Origin: Vicinamibacterales bacterium
Lineage (GTDB): Bacteria > Acidobacteriota > Vicinamibacteria > Vicinamibacterales > UBA2999
NCBI GenBank assembly: GCA_039934485.1
Contig: JBDTMB010000003.1
Span: 1 to 43,466 of the forward strand
Length of the DNA: 43,466 bases
Direction of reading: 5' to 3'
Below the pieces are notes generated by a model, which was not told the origin of the DNA, searched no databases, and saw only the letters and a program-made list of their open reading frames with translations. Shown piece after piece: positions 18,806 through 28,469 of this stretch. A program made the translations under genes and the position numbers. Positions within the stretch are counted from its first letter, which is position 1, and every line of letters starts with the position of its first letter.

Positions 18806-19883
18806 GCCGCTTTCGCCGCCAGAACCAGCCGGGCTTGGGCGGGCCGCGGGTGAGGCCCGGCATCCACTGCTCGAATTGACGCTGGCGCGGTTTCGCGAAT
18901 TTCTCCGCGAGCCCGAAGCGGTGTTCTGGGTCTTCGCGTTCCCGCTCATCATGACGTGCGCGCTCGGCATCGCCTTCCGCGCGCGCGGCACGGAGCCGGT
19001 CATCGTCGGCGTCGGCGAGCAGCCGGGCGCCGACCTGATTGTCTCGTCGCTCGAGCAGGCGACGGGCTTCACGATTCGACGGGTGCCGGCGTCGGAGGTC
19101 GATCGCGCGGTCCGCGACGGGCGGGCGCCGGTCGTCGTCATCCCGGGCACGCCGCCGGCGTATCGCTTCGACGAAGCCCGCGCCGAGAGCCAGGTGGCGC
19201 GACTGGCGGTGGACCAGGCGCTGCAGCGCGCGGCCGGACGGCAGGACGCGTTCGCCGCCATCCAGCAGCCGGTGCAAACGGTGGGGTCGCGCTACATCGA
19301 CTGGCTGGTGCCGGGCCTGCTTGGCATGAACATCATGGGCACCGGTCTCTGGGGCGTCGGGTTTTCGATCGTCCAGGCGCGCACCAAGAAGCTGCTCAAG
19401 CGGCTGGTCGCGACGCCGATGTCGAAGGCGCACTACCTGCTCGCACAGGTGCTCAGCCGGCTGATCTTCCTCGCGATGGAAACCACCGTCATCGTCGGCT
19501 TCGCGTGGATCGCTTTCGACGTCAAGGTGCAGGGCGCGTTGTGGTCGTTGGCCGTGTTGGCGCTGGCCGGCGCGCTGTCGTTTGGCGGACTCGGCTTGCT
19601 GATTGCCAGCCGGGCGCGGACCATTGAAGCGGTCTCCGGCCTGATGAACCTGGTGATGCTGCCGATGTGGGTGTTGTCGGGCGTGTTCTTCGCGTCGAGT
19701 AATTTCCCCGACGCGGTGCAGCCGCTGATTCACGGCTTGCCGCTCACCGCCCTCAACGACGGGTTGCGGGCCGTGATCAACGAAGGCCGCCCGCTCACCG
19801 CGCTGGCGCCGGAGCTGGCCGTGATGACGGCGTGGGGCGTGATTCCCTTCGGCCTGTCGCTGAAGCTATTCAGATGGCAGTAA
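18798..19883 (+). CDS. ABC-2 type transporter permease
   Basis: LREPEAVFWVFAFP, RYIDWLVPGLLGM, LLKRLVATP, LSGVFF, LPLT; overlaps the ATPase stop. Confidence 0.92.
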   Translation: MSRPLSPPEPAGLGRAAGEARHPLLELTLARFREFLREPEAVFWVFAFPLIMTCALGIAFRARGTEPVIVGVGEQPGADLIVSSLEQATGFTIRRVPASEVDRAVRDGRAPVVVIPGTPPAYRFDEARAESQVARLAVDQALQRAAGRQDAFAAIQQPVQTVGSRYIDWLVPGLLGMNIMGTGLWGVGFSIVQARTKKLLKRLVATPMSKAHYLLAQVLSRLIFLAMETTVIVGFAWIAFDVKVQGALWSLAVLALAGALSFGGLGLLIASRARTIEAVSGLMNLVMLPMWVLSGVFFASSNFPDAVQPLIHGLPLTALNDGLRAVINEGRPLTALAPELAVMTAWGVIPFGLSLKLFRWQ

Positions 19884-21686
19884 CGCCTTGTTGATCGCCA
19901 GCAGCAAGGCGTCCGGCGAGAACGGCTTGAGCAGCACCGGGGTGCCCGCCGCCGAGTCGTGCAGGGCGTCGCTTTGCTCGACGTAGCCGGTCACGAACAG
20001 GAGCGGCAGCCCCGGGCGCAACTGCCGCAAGCGTTTCGCCAGCTCGATCCCGCCCATGCGTGGCATCACGACGTCGGTCACCACCATCACGATCGATTGC
20101 GCGTGCACGGTGTACAGGTCGAGGGCCTGCTGGCCGTCGGAGGCCTCGAGCGTGCGGTAGCCGGCCTGGCCGATCACGGTGGCCGAGAGCCGGCGCAGCG
20201 CGCGCTCGTCCTCGGCGATCAGGATCGTCCCGGCGCCGTGACGGGGGCCGGCCAGCTGGCGCGGCGTCGCCGAGCGATCGGTGGTGGTGTCGTCGGTGCG
20301 CGGCAGCAGGAGGGCGAAGGTCGTGCCGCGGCCGGGCGCGCTTTCCACCGTCACCGCGCCGCCGCTCTGGCGCACGAAGCCATAGACCATCGCGAGGCCG
20401 AGCCCGGTGCCCTGGCCCTTCGGCTTGGTGGTGAAGAACGGCTCGAAGACGCGCGCCTGCAACTCGGTGGGAATGCCGACGCCGGTGTCGCGGACGCGGA
20501 GCTCGACGAAGGGACCGGCCTTGATCTCGAGCGCGTGGGCCCTGGCCGCGGTGACGTCGTGATTGGCGGTCTCGATGGCCAACCGGCCGCCGTCGGGCAT
20601 GGCGTCGCGCGCGTTGAGCGCCAGGTTGACGAGCACCTGTTCGAGCTGCGCGGAGTCGGCCCGCACCGACCACAGGTCGGTGGCCAGACGCAGGTCAATC
20701 GCGATGTGCTCGCCGATCAGGCGGTTCAACATCCGGCTCATGTCCATCACGCGCTGGTTAAGCCCGATGATTTCCGGCGAGAGGATCTGCCGGCGGCTGA
20801 AGGCGAGCAGCTGGCCGGTCAGGGTGGCGGCGCGCTCGGCGGCATGATAGATCTCCTCGACGTCGGCGCGCAGCGGCGAGTCGGCGAGGGCGCGCAGCAG
20901 CAACTCGGAATAGCCGCGGATGGCGGTGAGCAGGTTGTTGAAATCGTGGGCGATGCCGCCCGACAGCCGGCCGATCGCCTCCATCTTCTGGGCGTGACGC
21001 AGCTGGTCTTCGAGCTGACCGCGCGCCGCCTCGGCGGCCTGGCGCTCGGCCATCTCGCGGCGCAGTTCATCGTTGACGCGGGCCAGGGCGGCGGTGCGCT
21101 CGTCGACGCGGCGCTCGAGATCGCGGTGCGCCTCGTGCAGAGCGATCTGGCTGACGCGCAGCTGCTTCTCGGCGTAGTGGCGCTCGGTGACGTCACGCAG
21201 GATCATCAGGATCTGCGCGCCCTCCATGGGCAGGAGCCGGGCTTCGTAGAAGCGGAGCGTGGGGCCGTCGGTATCCAGCTCCAGCTCGACGCTCAGCGGC
21301 TCCCCGTGATTGGCGACGCGCGCCAGCGCCTGCGCGACGGCGGGCCGCGCGCCGGCGTCCACCGCCTCGGTGAGGAGCTGTCCCGAATGCCACTGCTTGA
21401 CGGATTCCCCACGGCCGCCGCCCTTGATGTCGAGGATCCGGCCCTGCACATCGAGACGCAGGATCTGATCCGGGAACGCACCGACGAGCGCGCGCAGCTC
21501 GGCGTTGGCCTGCAGCAGTTCCTGCGAGCTCAGGTCCAGCGACCGCTCCAGCATCTCGCGGTCGTTGTCGAACTGGCGATAGGCATCGTCCACCGCGGCG
21601 AGCATGGGCGCCAGCCCCGCGGGGACGGTATCGTCGGGGAAATGGCGCTTCAATTGCCGCCGCAACAAGCTGTGAAAGTCGGCCAT
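19866..21686 (-). CDS. Hybrid sensor histidine kinase/response regulator (PAS-like, HisKA, HATPase, REC)
   Basis: [55 protein letters not shown] (IAEDE, VTDVVMP, LLKPF). Start at ATG 21686, 2 nt after the FIST gene stop. Confidence 0.93.
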   Translation of the reverse strand: MADFHSLLRRQLKRHFPDDTVPAGLAPMLAAVDDAYRQFDNDREMLERSLDLSSQELLQANAELRALVGAFPDQILRLDVQGRILDIKGGGRGESVKQWHSGQLLTEAVDAGARPAVAQALARVANHGEPLSVELELDTDGPTLRFYEARLLPMEGAQILMILRDVTERHYAEKQLRVSQIALHEAHRDLERRVDERTAALARVNDELRREMAERQAAEAARGQLEDQLRHAQKMEAIGRLSGGIAHDFNNLLTAIRGYSELLLRALADSPLRADVEEIYHAAERAATLTGQLLAFSRRQILSPEIIGLNQRVMDMSRMLNRLIGEHIAIDLRLATDLWSVRADSAQLEQVLVNLALNARDAMPDGGRLAIETANHDVTAARAHALEIKAGPFVELRVRDTGVGIPTELQARVFEPFFTTKPKGQGTGLGLAMVYGFVRQSGGAVTVESAPGRGTTFALLLPRTDDTTTDRSATPRQLAGPRHGAGTILIAEDERALRRLSATVIGQAGYRTLEASDGQQALDLYTVHAQSIVMVVTDVVMPRMGGIELAKRLRQLRPGLPLLFVTGYVEQSDALHDSAAGTPVLLKPFSPDALLLAINKALLPSE

Positions 21687-21688
21687 CG

Positions 21689-22816
21689 TCACCGTTCCGA
21701 GAACGTCGTCACGGTCATCGTCTGATTGTGGAGCTCGCACCGCGCGCCTGGCGTGAAGGGCGAGATCTCGCCATACGAATAGAAGCCGGTCAGCACGGCG
21801 CGCGCGCCGACGATATCACGCACGCCCTCGACTTCTTCCTCCACCCGCTGGCGCAACACCATCCGGCGGCCGACGCAGCTGATCAGCAGCGCCAGGTCGA
21901 CGCCCGCCGCGCCGGCCGGCTCGGCGCTGATGCGGCCGGCTTCGACGGCGCCGTCAATCAGGCGGTCGAAGTTGGCGCGCATCAGGCGGACGTAGCCGCC
22001 CTCGGGCACGTCGCCGGCGAAGGTCAGGCTGTGGTCGGCTTCGTTCACCGCCAGGATCGTGCGCACCACGGGCGCGCTGCCGTCGCGCGTGCGCAGCGAG
22101 AGCGGGAACAGCAGGCCCGAGGCCGGCAGGTCCCGGGCGTGTTCGCCGAGATAGCGCGTGTAGAGGGCGAGGGCTGATTGTCCGTCGAGCTCGTAGAGGA
22201 CGTTGCCAGACGAGCGCGTCACCTGGCGCTCCGGGCCGAACGAATCCCAGCCGCCAAACGATCCGCAGCCGACCACGAGGCGTGTTCCCGAGAGCCCGAT
22301 GGCGGCGACCGTGTTGCGCTGCGCGCGGCCTTCGCTGAGCACGAGCGTTTCCTTGAAGTGTTCGCCGTCGGCCGAGAGTCCGCCGGTCACCGAGACGCGG
22401 CCTGGTAATCCTTCGCGCAGGCCGCGGACGAGGGCTTCGCCGTTGATGCTGATGCCTTCTGAAAACACCAGCACATGGACGAGGTCGCTGCGCGAGAGCC
22501 GCTCCGCCAGGAGGGCGCCACTCTGCGCACTGTCGCGGACGTTGACGGGGGTCGTGCACACCGCCACCGAGGTATGGTCGAAATGGATCGCGGTGGCGAC
22601 GGCGCCCTCGTCGGTGACGTCGGTGCCCTGGATCTGCCCGGCGGTCGAGCAGCCGATCGCGATCGCCGCCGGCCAGGCGGCGGCCAGGTCCGCCACCAGC
22701 CGATCGCAGCCGATCGCGTTCCGATCACCAAAGACCAGGACCAGCTGGGCGTCGCGCAGGCCGGGCACATGCCGCCATCCGCTCGCCGGCGACCAGGAAG
22801 ACTGCTGGACCTGCAT
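21689..22816 (-). CDS. FIST domain sensory protein (FIST_N + FIST_C, NosP-like)
   Basis: GCSTAG, VTGGLSADG, GWDSFGPERQVTRSSGNVLYELDG, LISCVGRR, GFYSYGEI, ELHNQT. Confidence 0.9.
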   Translation of the reverse strand: MQVQQSSWSPASGWRHVPGLRDAQLVLVFGDRNAIGCDRLVADLAAAWPAAIAIGCSTAGQIQGTDVTDEGAVATAIHFDHTSVAVCTTPVNVRDSAQSGALLAERLSRSDLVHVLVFSEGISINGEALVRGLREGLPGRVSVTGGLSADGEHFKETLVLSEGRAQRNTVAAIGLSGTRLVVGCGSFGGWDSFGPERQVTRSSGNVLYELDGQSALALYTRYLGEHARDLPASGLLFPLSLRTRDGSAPVVRTILAVNEADHSLTFAGDVPEGGYVRLMRANFDRLIDGAVEAGRISAEPAGAAGVDLALLISCVGRRMVLRQRVEEEVEGVRDIVGARAVLTGFYSYGEISPFTPGARCELHNQTMTVTTFSER

Positions 22817-22837
22817 GGCGTCGGAACTACGAGCGAG

Positions 22838-22902
22838 TCTGCGTCATCGGCGTCATCGGCGTCATCGGCGTCATCGGCGTCATCTGCGTCATCTGCGGCC
22901 TA
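22838..22902. repeat. Nonamer tandem repeat, (GCGTCATCG)x4 + (GCGTCATCT)x2
   Basis: Occupies most of the ppk1-FIST intergenic region and abuts the ppk1 stop codon. Confidence 0.9.
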
Positions 22903-25062
22903 CGTGTCGTGCTGCGCCGCGTACCAGTCGAGCAGGAAGCGCTGCGAGTTGAGCGCCGAGGCGCCTTCGGGCGGCACGGCGCGAACGTAGGCGCCGTCGG
23001 TCTGCAGCATCCACGCCCGATCGGTGTCGCTCAGGAGCGCGTCGAGCACGCCGTCGCGCAGGTGCTGCCGCAGTGTGGGGTCGGTGACCGGGCACAGCAC
23101 CTCGACGCGGCGATCGAGATTGCGCTCCATCAGGTCGGCGCTGCCGATGAACGCTTCCGGCGCGCCGCCGTTTTCGAAGTAATACACCCGCGAGTGCTCG
23201 AGGAAGCGTCCGACCACCGATCGCACGGTGATCCGATCGCTGATGCCGGGAATCCCGGGCCGCAGGCAGCAGACGCCGCGCACGATCAGGTCGATCGGCA
23301 CGCCGGCCTGCGACGCGCGGTACAGCGTCTTGATGATCCCCTGGTCGGCCACGGCGTTGTTCTTGATGATGATCCGGGCCGGGCGTCCCGCCTTGGCGTG
23401 TTCCACCTCGCGCTCGATCAGCGCGCGGAACCCCTGCCGCAACCCGATCGGCGCCACCAGCAGCGCGTTGTACGAGCGCTTGTTCGAGTAGCCGGTCAGC
23501 GAGTTGAACACTTCCGTGACGTCGTCGAGCAGCCGCTCGTCGGCGGTGAACAGGCCGAAGTCCGTGTAGATCTGCGAGGTCACGCGGTTGTAGTTGCCGG
23601 TGGCGATGTGCGCGTAGCGGCGGATGCCGTCGGCTTCCTTGCGGACCACCAGGCACAGCTTGCAGTGCACCTTGAGGTTCACCAGGCCATAGACCACGTG
23701 GATGCCGGCCGACTCCATCCGTGTCGCCCAGGCGATGTTGTTGCGCTCGTCGAAGCGCGCCTTCAACTCCACCAGCACCGCCACCTGCTTGCCCTGCTCG
23801 GCGGCCTCGATCAACATGTCCACCAGCGGCGAATCGGCGCCGATGCGATAGAGCGTGATCTTGATGGCGATGACCTGCGAGTCCTGGATGGCGGCGCGCA
23901 GGAAGGTCTCGACCGAGGTGAACGAATCGAACGGGTGGTGGAGCAGGAAATCCTGGTCGGCGATGTGCTCGAAGACCTTGTCGGTCTCGTCCGGCGCCCA
24001 GAGCGTGCGCGGCGTGAAGGCCGCGTCCTTGAGGGCCGGACGATGGAGCCTGGTGAGCTCGTGCCAGTCGCTGAACCCCAACCGCTCCGTGGTCCGCGCC
24101 ACCACATCGTCGCCAACTTCAAAATTCTCCATCAGGATGCTCAACACGCGCCTGGGCATGTCGGCTTCCACCTGCAGCAGCGACAGCGCGCCGTAGCGCA
24201 GCTGCTTGAGCCCGCGATCCACAGTCTCCAGGAGATCGTCGGCCTCGTCTTCCTGGATCACCATGTCGGTGTCGCGGATCACGCGGAAGAGATGCGCCCC
24301 TTCCACCTGCGTGCCCGGGAACAGCTCCTGGATGTTGCGCCGAATCACGTCTTCGAGGAAGACGTACGAGCAACCCTTGAGCGCCGACAGGTGCGGCGGC
24401 AGTTCCACGAACCGCGGCAACATCCCCGGGACCTTCACGCGCGCGAACTTGGTGCGGCCGCCGTGGCGGACCCGCACCGCGAGATTCATGCTCAGGTTCG
24501 AGATATACGGGAACGGGTGTCCGGGGTCGAAGGCCAGCGGCGTCAGGACGGGGAAGATGTGGTCCTTGAAATACTGCGCGAGCCAGGCCTCGATCGCCGG
24601 CGTGTGATCCGACGTCTCGAGAAAATGAATGCCCTCGGCGGCGAGCAGCGGCCGCAGTTCCTGGGACCAGCACGCCGTCTGCCCGTCAATCTGCGCCAGC
24701 GCGCGCTGGCGGATCGTCGCCAGTTCGACCTCGGTGGTGAGGCCGTCGATCGAGACCTCCTCGATGCCGGCGCGATATTTCTTCAGGATCGTCGCGACGC
24801 GAACCATGAAAAATTCGTCGAGGTTCGCCCCCGAAATCGCCAGGAATTTCACCCGCTCGAGCAGCGGATGCGCGGTGTCTCGCGCCTGCGCCAGCACGCG
24901 GTCGTTGAACGCCAGCCAGCTCAACTCCCGGTTGATGAACAACGCGGGCGTGCTGAGGTCGTTGGGGTCGAGATGCGACCAGTCGTGGAGTGCGGGAAGC
25001 GCCGGTGCCTCGGCGCCTTTCCGGCGCCGGGGCCTTCGTCCCACGGCTGTGGGAGTAGCCAT
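22900..25062 (-). CDS. ppk1: Polyphosphate kinase 1
   Basis: FINRELSWLAFNDRVL, NLDEFFMVRV, LLHHPFDSF (phospho-His), ELKARFDE, KVHCK, TGNYN, RFLEHSR, SADLMERNLDRRVE. Start placed at ATG 25062. Confidence 0.96.
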   Translation of the reverse strand: MATPTAVGRRPRRRKGAEAPALPALHDWSHLDPNDLSTPALFINRELSWLAFNDRVLAQARDTAHPLLERVKFLAISGANLDEFFMVRVATILKKYRAGIEEVSIDGLTTEVELATIRQRALAQIDGQTACWSQELRPLLAAEGIHFLETSDHTPAIEAWLAQYFKDHIFPVLTPLAFDPGHPFPYISNLSMNLAVRVRHGGRTKFARVKVPGMLPRFVELPPHLSALKGCSYVFLEDVIRRNIQELFPGTQVEGAHLFRVIRDTDMVIQEDEADDLLETVDRGLKQLRYGALSLLQVEADMPRRVLSILMENFEVGDDVVARTTERLGFSDWHELTRLHRPALKDAAFTPRTLWAPDETDKVFEHIADQDFLLHHPFDSFTSVETFLRAAIQDSQVIAIKITLYRIGADSPLVDMLIEAAEQGKQVAVLVELKARFDERNNIAWATRMESAGIHVVYGLVNLKVHCKLCLVVRKEADGIRRYAHIATGNYNRVTSQIYTDFGLFTADERLLDDVTEVFNSLTGYSNKRSYNALLVAPIGLRQGFRALIEREVEHAKAGRPARIIIKNNAVADQGIIKTLYRASQAGVPIDLIVRGVCCLRPGIPGISDRITVRSVVGRFLEHSRVYYFENGGAPEAFIGSADLMERNLDRRVEVLCPVTDPTLRQHLRDGVLDALLSDTDRAWMLQTDGAYVRAVPPEGASALNSQRFLLDWYAAQHDT

Positions 25063-25168
25063 AGACCGCCCAGCATACCAAAGCGGGACCCGCCCGGGGC
25101 GAGCCCCGGCTGGTGTCAACGCCGTGTAACGTGTTGATCCAGAAGGAGTTTCTTGAGGAAACGGAATT

Positions 25169-26371
25169 CTATTGAGGCAGGATCTTGAGGATGCGGCCGC
25201 GGGAATAGCTGACCAGATACAGTTCGGCTTCGGCGTCCACGCCAAACGAGCTGATTAGACCCAGCTCGCCCGGGCCACCCAGCAGCGCGGTGATTTCGAG
25301 CAGGTCCACCGCCGTGGCCTCCTGGCGTTCATCGAGCGCCAGGCCGATCGTATAGACCCGGCCAAGTACATAGTCGGCAAAGAAGTAGCGGCCGTTGAAC
25401 ATCGGGTCGAGGGCGGCGCCGCGGTAGACGAATCCCCCGGTAATCGACTCGCCATCCGACCGCGGATAGTCGTGGATGGGGGAGGTCAGCGGCTGGTACG
25501 CGGCCGCCGTCCTGGTGTCGTAAGCCTCGCGGCCCTCGCGCAGGCGCCACCCGTAATTGCGGCCGCCTTGTCGCGTCGGTTCCCAGTTCACTTCTTCACG
25601 GGCACCCTGCCCGACGTCGGCGATCACCAGTGCTCCGGTTCCTCCATGGGTCCAGTCGTCGAAGTTGTAGCGCCAGGGGTTGCGCAAGCCAAAGGCCCAG
25701 ATTTCGGTGAGCGCCGCAATCGGCTGCCGATCGACAAACGGGTTGTCCTCGGGAACGCGGTAGCCGCGCGGATCGTCGTCGGGGACGCTGACATCGATGC
25801 GCAACATCTTGCCGAGCAGCGTGTTGGGGTTCTGCGCGTTGTTCAGGGGGTCGCCGCCGCTGCCGCCGTCACCCAGACCTATATATAGGTGGCCGTCCGG
25901 CCCGAAGGCGAGGTGACCGCCGTTGTGATTGGCGAATGGCTGCTCGATGAAACGGCGGCCGTCCGGCCACATCAGGTCGAAGCGTGAAGCAGGATCCACG
26001 AGTCCAGCGGCGTCGCGGCGAAAGCGCGCCACGACGGTGTTTCCTAGAGGATTGGTGAAGTTGAGGTAGAAGCGGCCCGTCGTCCCTGAGTCGGGCGGGA
26101 AGGCCAGGCCGAGCAGGCCCTGCTCGCCGCCCGCGCCAATCTGGCCGCGAAGGTCGAGCAACGGCGCCGGATTGAGGACGCCGTTCTTTAGCGTCCGGAT
26201 CGTTCCGCGTTGTTCGACAATGAAGAAGCTCGTGCGGTCGAGCGGATCGACGACAAACGCGACGGGATTGGTGAGGCCGCTCGCCACGACGGTCGCGCGC
26301 ACTTGCGCCGTCGCCGCCGCAGGCAGGACCGTGGCCACGAGCGCCCACGCCGCGATGTTCCGCAGCCGCAT
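25169..26371 (-). CDS. PQQ-dependent sugar dehydrogenase (glucose/sorbosone DH family), secreted
   Basis: Signal peptide, EQGLLGLAF, NHNGGHLAFGPDG, GDGG, GKMLRID, GLRNPWR, DVGQGAREEVN, NYGW. Confidence 0.9.
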   Translation of the reverse strand: MRLRNIAAWALVATVLPAAATAQVRATVVASGLTNPVAFVVDPLDRTSFFIVEQRGTIRTLKNGVLNPAPLLDLRGQIGAGGEQGLLGLAFPPDSGTTGRFYLNFTNPLGNTVVARFRRDAAGLVDPASRFDLMWPDGRRFIEQPFANHNGGHLAFGPDGHLYIGLGDGGSGGDPLNNAQNPNTLLGKMLRIDVSVPDDDPRGYRVPEDNPFVDRQPIAALTEIWAFGLRNPWRYNFDDWTHGGTGALVIADVGQGAREEVNWEPTRQGGRNYGWRLREGREAYDTRTAAAYQPLTSPIHDYPRSDGESITGGFVYRGAALDPMFNGRYFFADYVLGRVYTIGLALDERQEATAVDLLEITALLGGPGELGLISSFGVDAEAELYLVSYSRGRILKILPQ

Positions 26372-26381
26372 GGTTGCCAGC

Positions 26382-27125
26382 TTAATTCAGCCAGAGGAGA
26401 ACGGCGAAAAGAATCACCGTCACGACGACGGCCTTCTCCAGCCAGGCATGCCCGCGCAGCACCGCAACGCGCACGCCGATGAATCCGCCGACGAAGTTGC
26501 CAAAGCCGAGCGCGAGGCCGCTCGGCCAGTCCACCTGGCCGGCCGTGGCAAAGGCCGCGAGCGACAGCAGCGTGAGCAGCAGGACACTGAGCGCCTTCAC
26601 GGCGTTGCCGCGGACGAGATCCATCCCGGCAGCGGTGGTGACGGCGAGGATCAGGAACCCCACACCCGCTTGAATGAATCCGCCGTAGAGGCCGGCGAGA
26701 AAGAATCCGCCGACCACCGTCCAGTGCGATGGCGGCCGGACCGCCTGGCGTGTCATCACGCGGCGCTGGCCGGCGATCGAGAAGAGGGTCATCACCACCA
26801 TCGCCACCGACAGGATGCGCTTGAACGCGAAATCAGGGATCGACAGCGCGGCCCACACGCCAAACGCCGCGCCGATGAGGGCCGGCACGCTCGCGCCTAG
26901 AGCCCATCGCCAGTTGAGCGTGCCGTGCCGGTGAAATCCCCAGACGCCACCGATGTTCTGAGTGACGACGCCGATCCGGTTGGTGCCGTTGGCCATGCCG
27001 GCCGGCAAGCCATAGAAGATGAGAAGGGGCAGGGTGAGGAACGAGCCGCCGCCGGCGACGATGTTCAAGGCGCCGGCGCCCACTCCGGCCAGCGCAAGGC
27101 CCACAAGTCCCAACCACGACGGCAT
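26382..27125 (-). CDS. Sulfite exporter TauE/SafE family membrane protein
   Basis: AGALNIVAGGGSFLTLP, ANGTNR, GLYGGFIQAGVG, GNAVK; about 8 TM helices. Confidence 0.9.
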   Translation of the reverse strand: MPSWLGLVGLALAGVGAGALNIVAGGGSFLTLPLLIFYGLPAGMANGTNRIGVVTQNIGGVWGFHRHGTLNWRWALGASVPALIGAAFGVWAALSIPDFAFKRILSVAMVVMTLFSIAGQRRVMTRQAVRPPSHWTVVGGFFLAGLYGGFIQAGVGFLILAVTTAAGMDLVRGNAVKALSVLLLTLLSLAAFATAGQVDWPSGLALGFGNFVGGFIGVRVAVLRGHAWLEKAVVVTVILFAVLLWLN

Positions 27126-27255
27126 CGACGAATCGTACTCCGCTTATGGATAACCTTTCCCGCGTGACCACAAAATGTGTAAAATCCCCGGCACGGTAAC
27201 CCTACCGGTAGTGTCCGTAATTCCGAGGTAAACGCAGTTCATTAAGGAGGCAGCT

Positions 27256-28440
27256 ATGTCGCTGACCCGTCGGCGACTCTTTCAGCGTCTGGCAACCCCG
27301 GACCCATCCCCTTCAGCAGCATGGGTGTCCGCGCGGGGCCGTGAATCGGGCCTGATGGAGTATGGCGAGCAGGGCATGGCCGGATCGGCCATGAAGCCGG
27401 TTCGCATTTCGAGCAACGAGAACCCGATTGGTCCTGGCCAGCACGTCCTCGACGCGCTCGTTGGAAAATTCCCGGAAGGGCACCGCTACCCGTTCAATGC
27501 TCGGCAGAACGACGGCACGATCGCCCAGGCGCTGATGAGCAAGTTCCACGCGAAAGTGGAGAACGTGGCGCTCGGGGCCGGCTCCGGCGAACTGCTGACC
27601 AACGCCGTGCGCGCGTTCACCTCGGCCACCAGGCCCCTCGTCACGGCATGGCCCTCGTTCGAGGCCCCGCGCGACACCGCGAAGAAGATCGGCTCGGCGG
27701 TCAAGGAAGTGCCGCTCGACGAGAAGCTGCGGATCGACGTCCACAAGATGGTCGAGGCGTCGAAGGGCGCCGGCCTCGTGTTCTTCTGCAACCCCAACAA
27801 CCCAACGGCCACCGTGCACGGCAAGACGACGGTGGCGGACCTGGTCAAACAGATTCGCGCGGCCTCGCCTGACACCGTGATCCTGATCGACGAGGCGTAT
27901 CACGACTACGTGACCGACCCGTCGTACCAGTCGGCGGTGGACATCGCCCTCGCGACGCCCAATGTGTTCGTGACGCGCACCTTCTCGAAGGCCTACGGCA
28001 TGGCCGGCCTCCGCGCCGGTTACGCGATTGGCCACGCGGGAGCCGTGAAGGAACTGAACCGCTATCGCCTGCCGTACGGGTTCGGCACGCTGGTCATCGG
28101 CGGCGCCATCGTCGGCCTCGGCAACCAGCCGCATATCGACGCCGAACGTAAGCGCAACACCGACGTCAAGGCGTTCACCGTGAAGGCCTTTGCCGACATG
28201 GGCTTCACCGGCACCGACTCGCAGGCCAACTTCATCTTCATGAACCTCAAGCGGCCCGCCGCCGGGTTCCGTGATGCATGCCAGGCCGCCGGCGTGCTCG
28301 TCGGGCGCGACTTCCCGCCGTACGAACGGACGCACTGCCGCATCTCGATTGGCACCATGGACGAGATGCAGCGCGCCGTGACGGTGTTCAAGCGAGTGCT
28401 GGCGACCCAGACCACGACCGCCAGCAAGGACGGGCAGTAA
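27256..28440 (+). CDS. HisC-like class I/II PLP aminotransferase with twin-arginine motif (paralog 1)
   Basis: ISSNENP, GAGSGE, CNPNNPT, IDEAYH, RTFSKAYGMAGLR, SQANF, RISIG. N-terminal SLTRRRLF; AAGGAGG Shine-Dalgarno. Confidence 0.88.
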   Translation: MSLTRRRLFQRLATPDPSPSAAWVSARGRESGLMEYGEQGMAGSAMKPVRISSNENPIGPGQHVLDALVGKFPEGHRYPFNARQNDGTIAQALMSKFHAKVENVALGAGSGELLTNAVRAFTSATRPLVTAWPSFEAPRDTAKKIGSAVKEVPLDEKLRIDVHKMVEASKGAGLVFFCNPNNPTATVHGKTTVADLVKQIRAASPDTVILIDEAYHDYVTDPSYQSAVDIALATPNVFVTRTFSKAYGMAGLRAGYAIGHAGAVKELNRYRLPYGFGTLVIGGAIVGLGNQPHIDAERKRNTDVKAFTVKAFADMGFTGTDSQANFIFMNLKRPAAGFRDACQAAGVLVGRDFPPYERTHCRISIGTMDEMQRAVTVFKRVLATQTTTASKDGQ

Positions 28441-28469
28441 TCATGGCGAGACTGAAGAAGGGATTCAAC

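Noticed and set aside
25072-25119. TTGACA plus TATGCT as a -35/-10 pair for ppk1
   Set aside because: The spacing is 36 bp, far too long. Only the extended -10 is plausible.
22909-25137. Long antisense ORFs (742 aa here; also 19959..21725, 41114..43027, 8759..10099, 12896..14197)
   Set aside because: These are shadow ORFs opposite well-supported genes, expected from high-GC codon bias, and have no recognisable motifs.
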